From NCBI GenBank assembly GCA_016839585.1, contig JAEOTZ010000088.1:1-50928 (forward strand): a stretch of 50,928 nucleotides of DNA, written 5' to 3'. The translations under genes and the position numbers were made by a program. The stretch comes from Promethearchaeota archaeon. Lineage in GTDB: Archaea > Asgardarchaeota > Lokiarchaeia > Sigyniarchaeales > SOKP01. The stretch's first letter is position 1. Each line of letters begins with the position of its first letter. The notes below the pieces were generated by a model. That model was not told the DNA's origin. It did no database searches and was given only the letters and a program-made list of their open reading frames with translations. Below, in pieces: positions 28,636-38,236 of this stretch.

Positions 28636-29523
28636 GTGTTCGCGGCGCCAAGTTTTGGGTTAATGTTCAACGTAGAGGAGGGAGGGGTAAGCACTCCTAT
28701 TGAATGGTCAAAAGAAAGTCTTACAGATGATCGTTCTGTTATAATTTTAGACGAATCAAGTCAAGCGATTTGGTTATGGCATGGAGCAAAACAAGGATTA
28801 GTAGCACGCCGAACTGCTTTAAGACAAGCTGAATCACTTAAGGGTCATGGTTATACAGTGGGAAAAAGCATTCTTGGACGAGATACGAAAGAGATATATG
28901 AAATTGATCAAAGAAAAATTGGTAGGGATCCAGAAACAGACAAATTAAACACAGAATTTCAGAAAGTATTTAATAGAAAATACAAGGAATTGGATGATTT
29001 TATAATTACTTTTGATTTGAAAAAAATAATAGTACCTGCTTCTAAACCAGTAGTAAAAGAAGAAATTAAGCCAATACCTAAGCCTGAGCCAATGCCAGAA
29101 CCTAAACCTGAGCCAATGCCAGAACCTAAACCTGAGCCTGCTATTACGCCCACAGTCTCAAAACCCACTACTCCAGAGAGAAAAGTTCAAGTGGCTTCCG
29201 AGTATGCTGCAGAAGAGGCAATGCCTTCTATAAAACCAAAAGCAAAATTAGAACCTACTGAGCTAGTTTCAAAAATAAAACTTACAACTGATGCCAAAGT
29301 CGCATTTGTAATTAGTGGTATAATTGATCATTTTAATGATGTTTGGATTTCAAGAAAAGAAGATGATAGTTTTGCAGTTGAGGAAATGAATGGCCCTATT
29401 TGCACTTTCTCCATAAGGGAAGGAGGTAAAATTAATTTCACATCTGATAGTTTTTCTGGAATTGATCCAAAAGTAAAAACCGCCATTCAAAGGAAATTTA
29501 TAGAACTTACAAAACTATTATAA
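28636..29523 (+). CDS. Gelsolin-like domain protein with Pro/Glu-rich linker
   Basis: ESLTDDRSVIILDESSQAIWLWHG...RRTALRQAESL gelsolin-repeat pattern; PKPEPMPE repeats. The start codon is uncertain. Confidence 0.7.
   Translation: MFAAPSFGLMFNVEEGGVSTPIEWSKESLTDDRSVIILDESSQAIWLWHGAKQGLVARRTALRQAESLKGHGYTVGKSILGRDTKEIYEIDQRKIGRDPETDKLNTEFQKVFNRKYKELDDFIITFDLKKIIVPASKPVVKEEIKPIPKPEPMPEPKPEPMPEPKPEPAITPTVSKPTTPERKVQVASEYAAEEAMPSIKPKAKLEPTELVSKIKLTTDAKVAFVISGIIDHFNDVWISRKEDDSFAVEEMNGPICTFSIREGGKINFTSDSFSGIDPKVKTAIQRKFIELTKLL
29077..29138 (+). repeat. 24-bp coding tandem repeat, about 2.6 copies (PKPEPMPE)
   Basis: CCTAAGCCTGAGCCAATGCCAGAA CCTAAACCTGAGCCAATGCCAGAA CCTAAACCTGAGCC. Confidence 0.9.
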
Positions 29524-29621
29524 TTTTTTTATTATTATTTTTTTTATATTAGGATTTAATACCAGTTTTTATTCTTAATTCCAATTATTTAACTATAAAA
29601 TAAATCTAAAATGAATTAAAT

Positions 29622-31382
29622 ATGAAATTCAATAGGCTAGCCCAGTTATTTTCAAAATTAGAAGATACAACAAAAAGACTTGAAATGATAGATATTCTAT
29701 CAGATTTTTTCAAAGAAATTAAGGAAAAGAAAGATTTTGAAGATTTAGACAAAGTTATATATCTATTACAAGGACAATTGGTTCCAAATATAAAGCAGTT
29801 TCCTAAAATTGGGCTTGCAGAAAAGATGATTATCGAAGCAGTTTCATTGCATTCAGGTATAGATAAGAAAAAAGTTAAAGAAATTTTAATTAAAAAAGGA
29901 GATGTTGGAGCTACCGCAGAATTTATTTTATCTAAAAAAAGGACACAGAAGTCTTTATTCGATTTTGAAAGTGAAAGTACTGACTTAAAGTCTTCTTTAG
30001 AGATTCATGAATTATATTCATCTTTAAAAAAGATTGCATTAACTGAAGGTGCCGGTTCGCATGATATAAAACTAGGAATATTAAGAGGATTAATGAGAAA
30101 ATGTTCTCCATTAGAAACTAAATATTTATTACGAATTATCACGTCTACATTGAGAGTAGGGGTTCAATCACCTACAATAATCGAAGGTTTAGCACTTGCT
30201 TTTACAAATCTAAAAGAAAATAAAGATTTCATTGAAAGAGCTTACACATTACATCCAGATCTAGGTGAGATCTCAGAAATATTGGCAGAAAAAGGTTTAG
30301 AAGAAGTAAAAAAGATTAATATAGAATATGGAACGCCTATTCTTAGTATGCTTGCCTCACGGGAAATTTATACTGAATTCATTAGTAGATTAGGTGCCCC
30401 GTTTGTTGCCGAACACAAATTGGATGGAGAAAGACTTCAAATCCATAAAATGGGTAATAATGTAATATTATTTTCCCGACGCCTATTGGATATTTCAGAG
30501 CAATACCCAGATGTTTGTCAAGTCATTAGAGAAAACATTAAAACTGAAAAAAATGTAATAATCGAAGGAGAAGTTGTTGCAATGGATCCTTTTTATGAAA
30601 AAATGCTCCCTTTTCAAGTTTTAAGCCAAAGAAGACGAAAGTATGATATTGAAAATATATCTAAAGAGGTTCCAGTATGTTTATTTATATTCGATCTTTT
30701 AAAATTTGGTGATGTATCATATGTTGATAAATCTCTTCCAGAACGAAGGAAAAAACTTGAGGAAATTGTTGAAGAAAGAGATGAATTAAGGTTAGTTGAA
30801 TCTGTGTTGATAAATTCAACTGATGAATTACTCGAATTCTTTAATAAAGCGAGAGAAGGAGGAACAGAAGGAATAATGGCAAAATCGATTAAGGAAGATT
30901 CCATTTATCAAGCAGGAAATCGTGGTTATAAATGGCTTAAGCTAAAAAGTTTAGAAGGAGGGAAATTGAAAGATACTATTGATCTAGTCCTAATTGGTGC
31001 ATTTTATGGTAAGGGTCGAAGAACAGGGGTATATGGAACTTATATTGGTGCGGTTTATAACCCTGAGAATGATAACTTTATAGCTTTTACTCGTTTCTTT
31101 TCAGGATTGACTGATGAGTTATCTGAATCTTTAACAAGAGACATGGAAAAATATAAGGTGGAAAAAAAACCAAAAAATGTCATTTGTGAAGATAAACCTG
31201 AATTATGGTTAAAACCAGAGGTAGTAATGGAGATAACTGGTGATGAGATAACGATTAGCGATAAATTTGCTACTTTAGGATATTCTATGAGATTTCCAGT
31301 TTTTCTAAGAATACGTCCTGAAAAAGGTCCAAAAGATATAACAACCATAAATGAGATAAAGGAATTATATGAAACGCAATAA
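29622..31382 (+). CDS. lig: ATP-dependent DNA ligase
   Basis: EHKLDGERLQIH, EGE, FDLL, EGIMAK, WLKLK, MRFPVF..RPEK. Confidence 0.97.
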   Translation: MKFNRLAQLFSKLEDTTKRLEMIDILSDFFKEIKEKKDFEDLDKVIYLLQGQLVPNIKQFPKIGLAEKMIIEAVSLHSGIDKKKVKEILIKKGDVGATAEFILSKKRTQKSLFDFESESTDLKSSLEIHELYSSLKKIALTEGAGSHDIKLGILRGLMRKCSPLETKYLLRIITSTLRVGVQSPTIIEGLALAFTNLKENKDFIERAYTLHPDLGEISEILAEKGLEEVKKINIEYGTPILSMLASREIYTEFISRLGAPFVAEHKLDGERLQIHKMGNNVILFSRRLLDISEQYPDVCQVIRENIKTEKNVIIEGEVVAMDPFYEKMLPFQVLSQRRRKYDIENISKEVPVCLFIFDLLKFGDVSYVDKSLPERRKKLEEIVEERDELRLVESVLINSTDELLEFFNKAREGGTEGIMAKSIKEDSIYQAGNRGYKWLKLKSLEGGKLKDTIDLVLIGAFYGKGRRTGVYGTYIGAVYNPENDNFIAFTRFFSGLTDELSESLTRDMEKYKVEKKPKNVICEDKPELWLKPEVVMEITGDEITISDKFATLGYSMRFPVFLRIRPEKGPKDITTINEIKELYETQ

Positions 31383-31408
31383 TTCCATAATATAAATATA
31401 TGACACTT

Positions 31409-32755
31409 TTAAAAATAGATTTTAACTCCTTTTTCTTCAAGTTTATTTAATAATTTTAAGGATTTAGTTAGATTATTTTCTGATAAATATAATTCTTTTA
31501 ATTTAGTGAGATATTTAAGTGATTCTGGTAAATTATTCAATCTATTTCTAGATAAATATAAACATTGTAGAGAAGTGAGATTTCCAATTTTATCTGGAAT
31601 GCTATTTAATTTATTATCACTTAAGTTCAATACTTTTAAAGATTTTAGGGAAGCAATTTCCTCAGGAATAGCTGTTAATTCATTTCTTTCTAAATCTAAT
31701 ACCTTAAGAGCAGTAAGTTTTCCTATTGAACTTGGAAGGTCTCTTATTTCATTCCAACTTAAGTTAAGGTCCTCTAATGATTTGAGACAACCTAATGTTT
31801 CTGGAAGATAATGCAATTTATTATCATGTAAATTTAATTCTCTAAGTGAAGATAGGTTACCAATAGTATCTGGCAATGTTTCTATCTGATTAAGTCTTAA
31901 GTTTATTCTTTCTAATTTAGAGAGACAACCAATTCTTTTAGGGAGCCTCCTAAGTTCATTTTTCCAGAGTAATAACTCCTTTAGCAAAGCAAGTGATCCT
32001 ATTGCTTCTGGTAACATTTTAATATTATTTACATTTAAATTTAAACTTTTAAGTGAAGTCAAGCTACCAATCCATTCTGGGAGAGTAGTTAATTGATTGT
32101 ATCTAAAGATTAAAGTTTTTAATGATGAGAGATATTTAATAGGTTCTGGTATTTCAGTTAAACCTTTAAAAATGAAATCAAGCTCGATAAATTTACAATT
32201 TTCTATTTTAAATTTGATTCGCCAATATATTTTTTTCAATAATAAAAATGTAAAATAATTGATTAAAATTTCAGCTAACTCTTTATTGGTCAATTTTTCT
32301 ATTGATTTTACTTTAGATAATTGTTCAAGGCTAATTCTAAATTCTCTTTCCCTAATTTTTTTAACTTCACTATATAATATTTGCTGATTATTTTCTACCA
32401 TATTTTTTATGATTTTTATTAGAGTTGTATGGATTGTGTTTAAACAAGAAGGGGATTCTTCATGAATAAGTGCCCATTTCATTGGTTCTAATGCTCTATT
32501 GATGTATAGATTTTTCAATATCAATGCAGCTGAATTTCGTACTCTTTCGCTAGAATCAGAAATTAATAAATTTTCTAAGAATCTAAAAGATTTATTATCA
32601 TCAATTTTAATTTTTTCTAGCGCTTGAATACTTTCAACTCTAACTTTATCACTATCACTATTGTCTATTAAAGAGACTAATAACTTGGTAGCCGATTGTT
32701 TATCTAAATTATTTTTAAAATATTCCTCGTGTATTTTTGAGGGAGTTAATACCAT
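31409..32755 (-). CDS. HEAT-repeat + LRR protein
   Basis: LENLLISDSSERVRNSAA; about 10 23-aa LPxxIGxLxxLxxLxLxxN repeats. Confidence 0.9.
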   Translation of the reverse strand: MVLTPSKIHEEYFKNNLDKQSATKLLVSLIDNSDSDKVRVESIQALEKIKIDDNKSFRFLENLLISDSSERVRNSAALILKNLYINRALEPMKWALIHEESPSCLNTIHTTLIKIIKNMVENNQQILYSEVKKIREREFRISLEQLSKVKSIEKLTNKELAEILINYFTFLLLKKIYWRIKFKIENCKFIELDFIFKGLTEIPEPIKYLSSLKTLIFRYNQLTTLPEWIGSLTSLKSLNLNVNNIKMLPEAIGSLALLKELLLWKNELRRLPKRIGCLSKLERINLRLNQIETLPDTIGNLSSLRELNLHDNKLHYLPETLGCLKSLEDLNLSWNEIRDLPSSIGKLTALKVLDLERNELTAIPEEIASLKSLKVLNLSDNKLNSIPDKIGNLTSLQCLYLSRNRLNNLPESLKYLTKLKELYLSENNLTKSLKLLNKLEEKGVKIYF

Positions 32756-32820
32756 CTTGAATTGATAAATTATTAGCTTTTAAATTAATGTTTATATTTT
32801 ATTTTATAATCTGGTTGTCA

Positions 32821-34326
32821 TTATTTATAGATTTTAAGTCCTTTTTGTAGTAGATCTTTAATAGACTCAGGGAGTTTTGTGGGGAATTTATCAAAATTCA
32901 AATTTAAAATTTTAAGGGAGGAAAGTAACCCTAATGATTCAGGTAATGACTTAAGTTTATTTCCCCATAGATTTAATTCTTCTAAAGAAGTAAGATCACC
33001 AATCCAATTTGGAAGAAAAGTAAAATTATTCCAACTTAAATCAAGTTTTTTTAATCGCTTTAAATTTTTAAATGATTCTGGCAAAATTGTTAGTTTATTG
33101 TTGCTTAATATTAAAGTTTCTAAAGATATCAATGAATTTATAGACTCTGGAAGCTCTTTAATATTATTATCATATAAATTTAATTCAATTAATGAATTTA
33201 AAGATTTAATCCATTCATCAAGATTATTTAAAAATTTATTTCCACCTAATCCTAAGGTTTTTAAATTTTTAATATTTTTTATCCATTCTGGAATGGATTT
33301 TAGATTATTTAATCCTAATTCTAACCTATTTAATGAATTAAGATTTTCCAATGATTTAGGTAATTCATTTAATTGATTTCCATGGAGATCTAAAACTTTT
33401 AAGAATATTAAGTTATTAAATGCTACTGGTAAGGATTTTAAGTTATTATGTCTTAAATCTAGTGTTTTTAATCTTTTTAAATTGACAATAGAATCTGGAA
33501 GACGTGTTAAATCATTATATTTCAAATATAAAAATTCTAATGATTGTAATGATCCAATAGATTCAGGTAATTCCGTTAGTTTGTTATTACTTAAATCTAA
33601 GAATTTAAGAAAAGAGAGTTCTCCAATAGAATTTGGTAATTTTGCAATCTTATTTATGTTTAATTTCAGTTTCTTTAGATATTTTAGAAATTCAATAAAT
33701 TCTGGTAAATTTCTCAGAATATTCCATCCAAAAATATTATTGCTTATTCCAGATAAATCTAACTCTGAAACTAAACCTCTCTCCACTTGATAATTAATAT
33801 CTGAAGATTTTTCTTCAAAATATCTAATAATATAGTAATTATTAATGATTTCAGCTAGTCTTTTACAATTTAAAATTTGAATTTTTCCAGTTTTGATTAA
33901 ATTAGCTAAACTTTTGTTAAAATGATAATTGTCAATGATTTTTATTTTCTCAATTAGAGATGATTTGGATTGCTCATTATTAATTTCTCCTATTGTTGAT
34001 ACAATTGTGAGTAAACACTGGAGAGATGTTTCGTGATCAACAGCCCATATCATTGGTTCTAATGCTTTATCTAAATAATTATTCCTTAGTACTCTTGCAG
34101 CTAAATTTCTTACTTTCTCTTTTAAATCAGAAATTAATAAATTTTCTAATAGTTTAAATACTCTATCATCTGTTGAGCCAATTTTATCTAAAATCTCAAT
34201 ACTTTCAATTCTATCAATATGGCTCTGAGAATTGTCGATCAAGTATAGTAATTGATCAATAGCAGAAGTTTTATCTAAAATTTTTTCAATGTATTCTTTG
34301 TAAATCTGGTCAGGAGATCTTTCCAT
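32821..34326 (-). CDS. HEAT-repeat + LRR protein
   Basis: Same N-terminal module followed by about 12 LRRs. Confidence 0.9.
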   Translation of the reverse strand: MERSPDQIYKEYIEKILDKTSAIDQLLYLIDNSQSHIDRIESIEILDKIGSTDDRVFKLLENLLISDLKEKVRNLAARVLRNNYLDKALEPMIWAVDHETSLQCLLTIVSTIGEINNEQSKSSLIEKIKIIDNYHFNKSLANLIKTGKIQILNCKRLAEIINNYYIIRYFEEKSSDINYQVERGLVSELDLSGISNNIFGWNILRNLPEFIEFLKYLKKLKLNINKIAKLPNSIGELSFLKFLDLSNNKLTELPESIGSLQSLEFLYLKYNDLTRLPDSIVNLKRLKTLDLRHNNLKSLPVAFNNLIFLKVLDLHGNQLNELPKSLENLNSLNRLELGLNNLKSIPEWIKNIKNLKTLGLGGNKFLNNLDEWIKSLNSLIELNLYDNNIKELPESINSLISLETLILSNNKLTILPESFKNLKRLKKLDLSWNNFTFLPNWIGDLTSLEELNLWGNKLKSLPESLGLLSSLKILNLNFDKFPTKLPESIKDLLQKGLKIYK

Positions 34327-34425
34327 TATTTCTAAAATATTAGTTACTTTTATTTAAAGTTTTAATTTTTATTTAAAAAACCATAATTGCATTAGATCTT
34401 CATTGATTTTTTTATTATAATTTAG

Positions 34426-36327
34426 TTACGAATATTTCTCTAAGTCTAATTCTTTTATTTTAGATTGCATTGGGATTCCATCAATTTTATCCCATCCACG
34501 TTCATCATAGTAATTGTTAAGTAATTGATTTGCAACTTCTGGAGTTATTGTTGATTCCCCAAAAAAATCTTGGAAATTAAGAATAGTTTGTCCAAATTTT
34601 AAAGGTTTGAACCATTCTTCAGGGAATTTATCATCTTTTCGTGAGAATCCTTCTTTCACGTTCAAAATTTTTAATAAATTCCATGTTCTTTCAGCAGCTT
34701 CCCTCAATTCTTCAGATTGTATGTTAAATCCAGTTACTGCGTTATAAATATCGGTGACTAATTCTAAACCATAAAATCGATTCATTTGGGCTCTTGCGCA
34801 TAATCCTAAAGATGTTAATACCGTATACCAATCTTCAGAATATCTGGTTAATCTTCCTACATTTACCACCATTTCTTTTAAGGGAGGAGTAAATAACCTT
34901 CCTATAGCAGAGTTAGGAACTCCCATTCGATCAAAATGCATTTTAAATTTTTCTATTGATCCTCCAGCACCAAGATAGGTTGGGGAACCCCCAGATGCAA
35001 CATGGGCTCCTTTAGGGTTCACAACTTGTTCAAATTCCATAGTTCCAAGACGTAAAAGGCGAGGTTCGAAAATAATATCCAAGCCTTTTACAGTTAACAT
35101 TTCGTTTTCAACTGATTTATACGTTTCAGCTAAACTTTTCCAACCATCAGCTAAGATATTTCCAAATCCTTTTCTATATACTATCATTTCTATTAATTGA
35201 ACTAACGTTCGGTAATCGCTTTTCCACTCTATTCCCGTATTCTCTTTTGTTAATATTCCTTTCTCATATAAATGAGTGCAAAACTTTAAGAGAGAGGTTA
35301 TTGTTAATGAGTCTAATCCATATCTACTCACTAAATCAAATGATTTTATAGCTTCATCATAAGTATTTAATTCATCAAGTGTGAACATTAAAAAAGGATT
35401 AATAACTGATGACGTATAATTTATCAAACCTTTAAAATTGCCTTCTTGGAGTTCAAGAATATCCTTGTCACCCATGGGACATGAAGGGCATGCTATACGA
35501 CGTTTCTTTAATTTTTTAAGATAAACTCTCTCACTACATTGTCTTGCCTTTTTATGTTGCCCTGAAGCCTTTAAGATCATTCCAACGGGCAAACTTCTTA
35601 ACATTCCTAATTCATGCCATGATTCTCTTTGAGGATATTTCCTAATTCGTTCAAAAAGTTTTCTATATAATTGATTAAATTCTTTAGGATTTGCTATAGA
35701 AATCCCCCTACTTCCCTTCGTAACTATTGCTTTTAAGTTTTTAGAACCCATTACTGCTCCAAGACCACCTCTACCAAAAGTAGATGTTTTATCAATTAAA
35801 GCTAAAGAACCATAAACTAAATTTTCACCTGCCTGACCCATTGCTATAACTCCAGATTCAGAGTACTTTTTTTGCAAAAAATTAGTAGATTCTACGATAT
35901 CTTTTCCCCAAATGTCACTCGCATCAATAAGTTCAATATGTTCGTTTAATATCGCTAAATATACAGGATCTTCAGCTTTACCAGATATAATTATATGATC
36001 AAATCCAGAATGTTTTAAATTGAATCCAAAACTCATACTTCCACATGAATAGGCGATTGCCCCTGTTGCTGGGAACTTAGTTGAAGCAACTGTTCTGGAG
36101 GCACCTGGAGTGATTGTACCAACTAAGGGACCTACTCCAATTATTATTACATTTTCAGAGGATAATGGATCAATTTTGGGTTTAATTAAATCAGCTACGA
36201 GTTTAGTATTTATTCCAAGTCCTCCAATAAATTGTTTAATATTATCAACATTTTGTTTAATAATAGATATTTTATCTACAGTTAAATCTATCTTAAGAAT
36301 ATTACCAGTATACCCTTTCCAGTCCAT
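34426..36327 (-). CDS. Tungsten/molybdenum aldehyde:ferredoxin oxidoreductase family protein
   Basis: GYTGNILKIDLT, FIGGLG, DPLSSEN, GRGGLGAVMGSKNLKAI, CPSCPMG, LGLC, YYDERGWD. Confidence 0.92.
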   Translation of the reverse strand: MDWKGYTGNILKIDLTVDKISIIKQNVDNIKQFIGGLGINTKLVADLIKPKIDPLSSENVIIIGVGPLVGTITPGASRTVASTKFPATGAIAYSCGSMSFGFNLKHSGFDHIIISGKAEDPVYLAILNEHIELIDASDIWGKDIVESTNFLQKKYSESGVIAMGQAGENLVYGSLALIDKTSTFGRGGLGAVMGSKNLKAIVTKGSRGISIANPKEFNQLYRKLFERIRKYPQRESWHELGMLRSLPVGMILKASGQHKKARQCSERVYLKKLKKRRIACPSCPMGDKDILELQEGNFKGLINYTSSVINPFLMFTLDELNTYDEAIKSFDLVSRYGLDSLTITSLLKFCTHLYEKGILTKENTGIEWKSDYRTLVQLIEMIVYRKGFGNILADGWKSLAETYKSVENEMLTVKGLDIIFEPRLLRLGTMEFEQVVNPKGAHVASGGSPTYLGAGGSIEKFKMHFDRMGVPNSAIGRLFTPPLKEMVVNVGRLTRYSEDWYTVLTSLGLCARAQMNRFYGLELVTDIYNAVTGFNIQSEELREAAERTWNLLKILNVKEGFSRKDDKFPEEWFKPLKFGQTILNFQDFFGESTITPEVANQLLNNYYDERGWDKIDGIPMQSKIKELDLEKYS

Positions 36328-36572
36328 TAATCAACAACCTCCTTATATTCCAATGCACCATAAAGACAATGTTGAGCACACTGCCCACAGTGAAGGCAAC
36401 TTTCTAAAAAAGATATTTTTGGAGATAATCCATATCTATTTTCAATTATTATATTTGCTTCATAAGGATTAAATTGCTTTTTATTTACATAAGAGCACCA
36501 TAATTGGCAAATAATACAACCTGTACACCTATCCTCATTTACTATAATCTCAACATAATTTTTTTTTACCAA
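36327..36572 (-). CDS. 2x[4Fe-4S] ferredoxin subunit associated with AOR
   Basis: CTGCIICQLWC and CLHCGQCAQHC; its stop overlaps the AOR start. Confidence 0.9.
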   Translation of the reverse strand: MVKKNYVEIIVNEDRCTGCIICQLWCSYVNKKQFNPYEANIIIENRYGLSPKISFLESCLHCGQCAQHCLYGALEYKEVVD

Positions 36573-36697
36573 AATGATTCAAATCTTAAAAGATATTAAG
36601 GATTTTATATATTAATTGAAAAAATTGAAATAATGAATTATAATTAAATTTTTATGCTTATAAAATTTTATTTTAGCCAATATTTAAGTGAATTAAA

Positions 36698-38188
36698 TTA
36701 AATTTTGATTATTAGCCCCCTTTTTCTCTCTAATCGTCTCAGTAGCTCTGGAATATTTTTAATTTTATTAAAATTTAAATCTAATATTCTAAGTGAAGGG
36801 AGTAAGGCAATTGATTCAGTTAATTGTTCAAGTTGATTTCCCCATAGATTTAATTCTTCTAATGAGGATAATTCTCCAATCCAATCAGGAAGAAAAGTGA
36901 AATTGTTCCAACTTAAATTAAGTTCTTTAAGATTTTTTAAATTCTGAAATGATTCTGGCAAGCTAGAGAGTTGATTATTCCTTAAAATCAAATTTTCTAA
37001 TGAAGTCAACTTCCCTATCGAATTTGGCAGTTCAGTAATAGTATTATCATATAAGTATAAGCTTTTCAGAGATTGAAATGAAGAAATCCAATTAGGAAGT
37101 TTCTTTATTTTATTTCCACTCATACCTAATTTTTCTAATAAAGCAAGAGTTTTTATGCTGGTTGGAATTTCAAAAAAGTTATTCCAACCTAAATCAAGAT
37201 CGTTAATTGAATTGTTCAACTTAAATTCTATTGAATTTAATTTATTTCCATGTAGATCTAAATTCTTAAGTGTTTTAAGAGATGTTATTGATTTAGGAAG
37301 TTCGTTCAGCAGATTATTTCTCAAATTTAACGTTTGAAGTAATGATAAAGTTCCTAACGAATCAGGGAGAGCCCTTAATCTATTTGATTTTAAATTTAGT
37401 GTTTTTAAAGATTTCAATTTATTTATAGATTCTGGAAGTTTAATGAGTTTATTATAACTTAAATCTAAAGATATAATTGAATCTGATTCATTTGAGATTT
37501 CTGATAATTTTATTAAATGATTAAACCTTAGATCAAGAACCTTAAGTTGATTAAGAGAAACAATTGAGTCAAAAAAATTTGATAAAAAAATCCCTTGTGG
37601 ATCCACATTAGTTAAATCTAATGTAATTATATACCCCAAACTGTTAAATTCATATTTTATATACCCAAATTTAATTTTTAAAAATGAGATAAAGTAATAA
37701 TTGATTAAAATCTCTGCAAGAACTTTATGAGAAAAACTCTCAAGGTTTTTTCTTTCAAAAACATTTTGTAAATTAAATTTATATTTTTGATTAGCTAAGG
37801 TATTTATTTTCTCAATTAAAATTGATTTTGATTTCTTATTATTAATATCAGACAAAGTAGAGATTATTGTTATTAGGCAAATTAATGATGTTTCATTTTC
37901 AAGAGCCCATTTCATCGGTTTTAATGCTCTTTCTAGAAAAAGAGTTTTAATCAGAGATGCTGCTAGATTTCTTATATATTCATTTGAATCTGAAATTAAT
38001 AGATTCTCCAAAAGTTTATAAACTTTATCATCCTTCGCCTGAATTTTTTCTAAAATCCTAATGCTCTCTAATCGGGTATCAACATTATCCGTATTATCAA
38101 TTAAGGTAATTAATAATTCAAGTGCTGAAGTATAATCTAAATCTTTATTCTTTAAATCCTCATATATAGCTTTTGGAGTTAAAGGCAT
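36698..38188 (-). CDS. HEAT-repeat + LRR protein
   Basis: Same N-terminal module followed by about 12 LRRs. Confidence 0.9.
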   Translation of the reverse strand: MPLTPKAIYEDLKNKDLDYTSALELLITLIDNTDNVDTRLESIRILEKIQAKDDKVYKLLENLLISDSNEYIRNLAASLIKTLFLERALKPMKWALENETSLICLITIISTLSDINNKKSKSILIEKINTLANQKYKFNLQNVFERKNLESFSHKVLAEILINYYFISFLKIKFGYIKYEFNSLGYIITLDLTNVDPQGIFLSNFFDSIVSLNQLKVLDLRFNHLIKLSEISNESDSIISLDLSYNKLIKLPESINKLKSLKTLNLKSNRLRALPDSLGTLSLLQTLNLRNNLLNELPKSITSLKTLKNLDLHGNKLNSIEFKLNNSINDLDLGWNNFFEIPTSIKTLALLEKLGMSGNKIKKLPNWISSFQSLKSLYLYDNTITELPNSIGKLTSLENLILRNNQLSSLPESFQNLKNLKELNLSWNNFTFLPDWIGELSSLEELNLWGNQLEQLTESIALLPSLRILDLNFNKIKNIPELLRRLERKRGLIIKI

Positions 38189-38236
38189 TTTTTCTAATTT
38201 GTAGATTAGACTAAATTCAAAAATATAATAAGAAAA

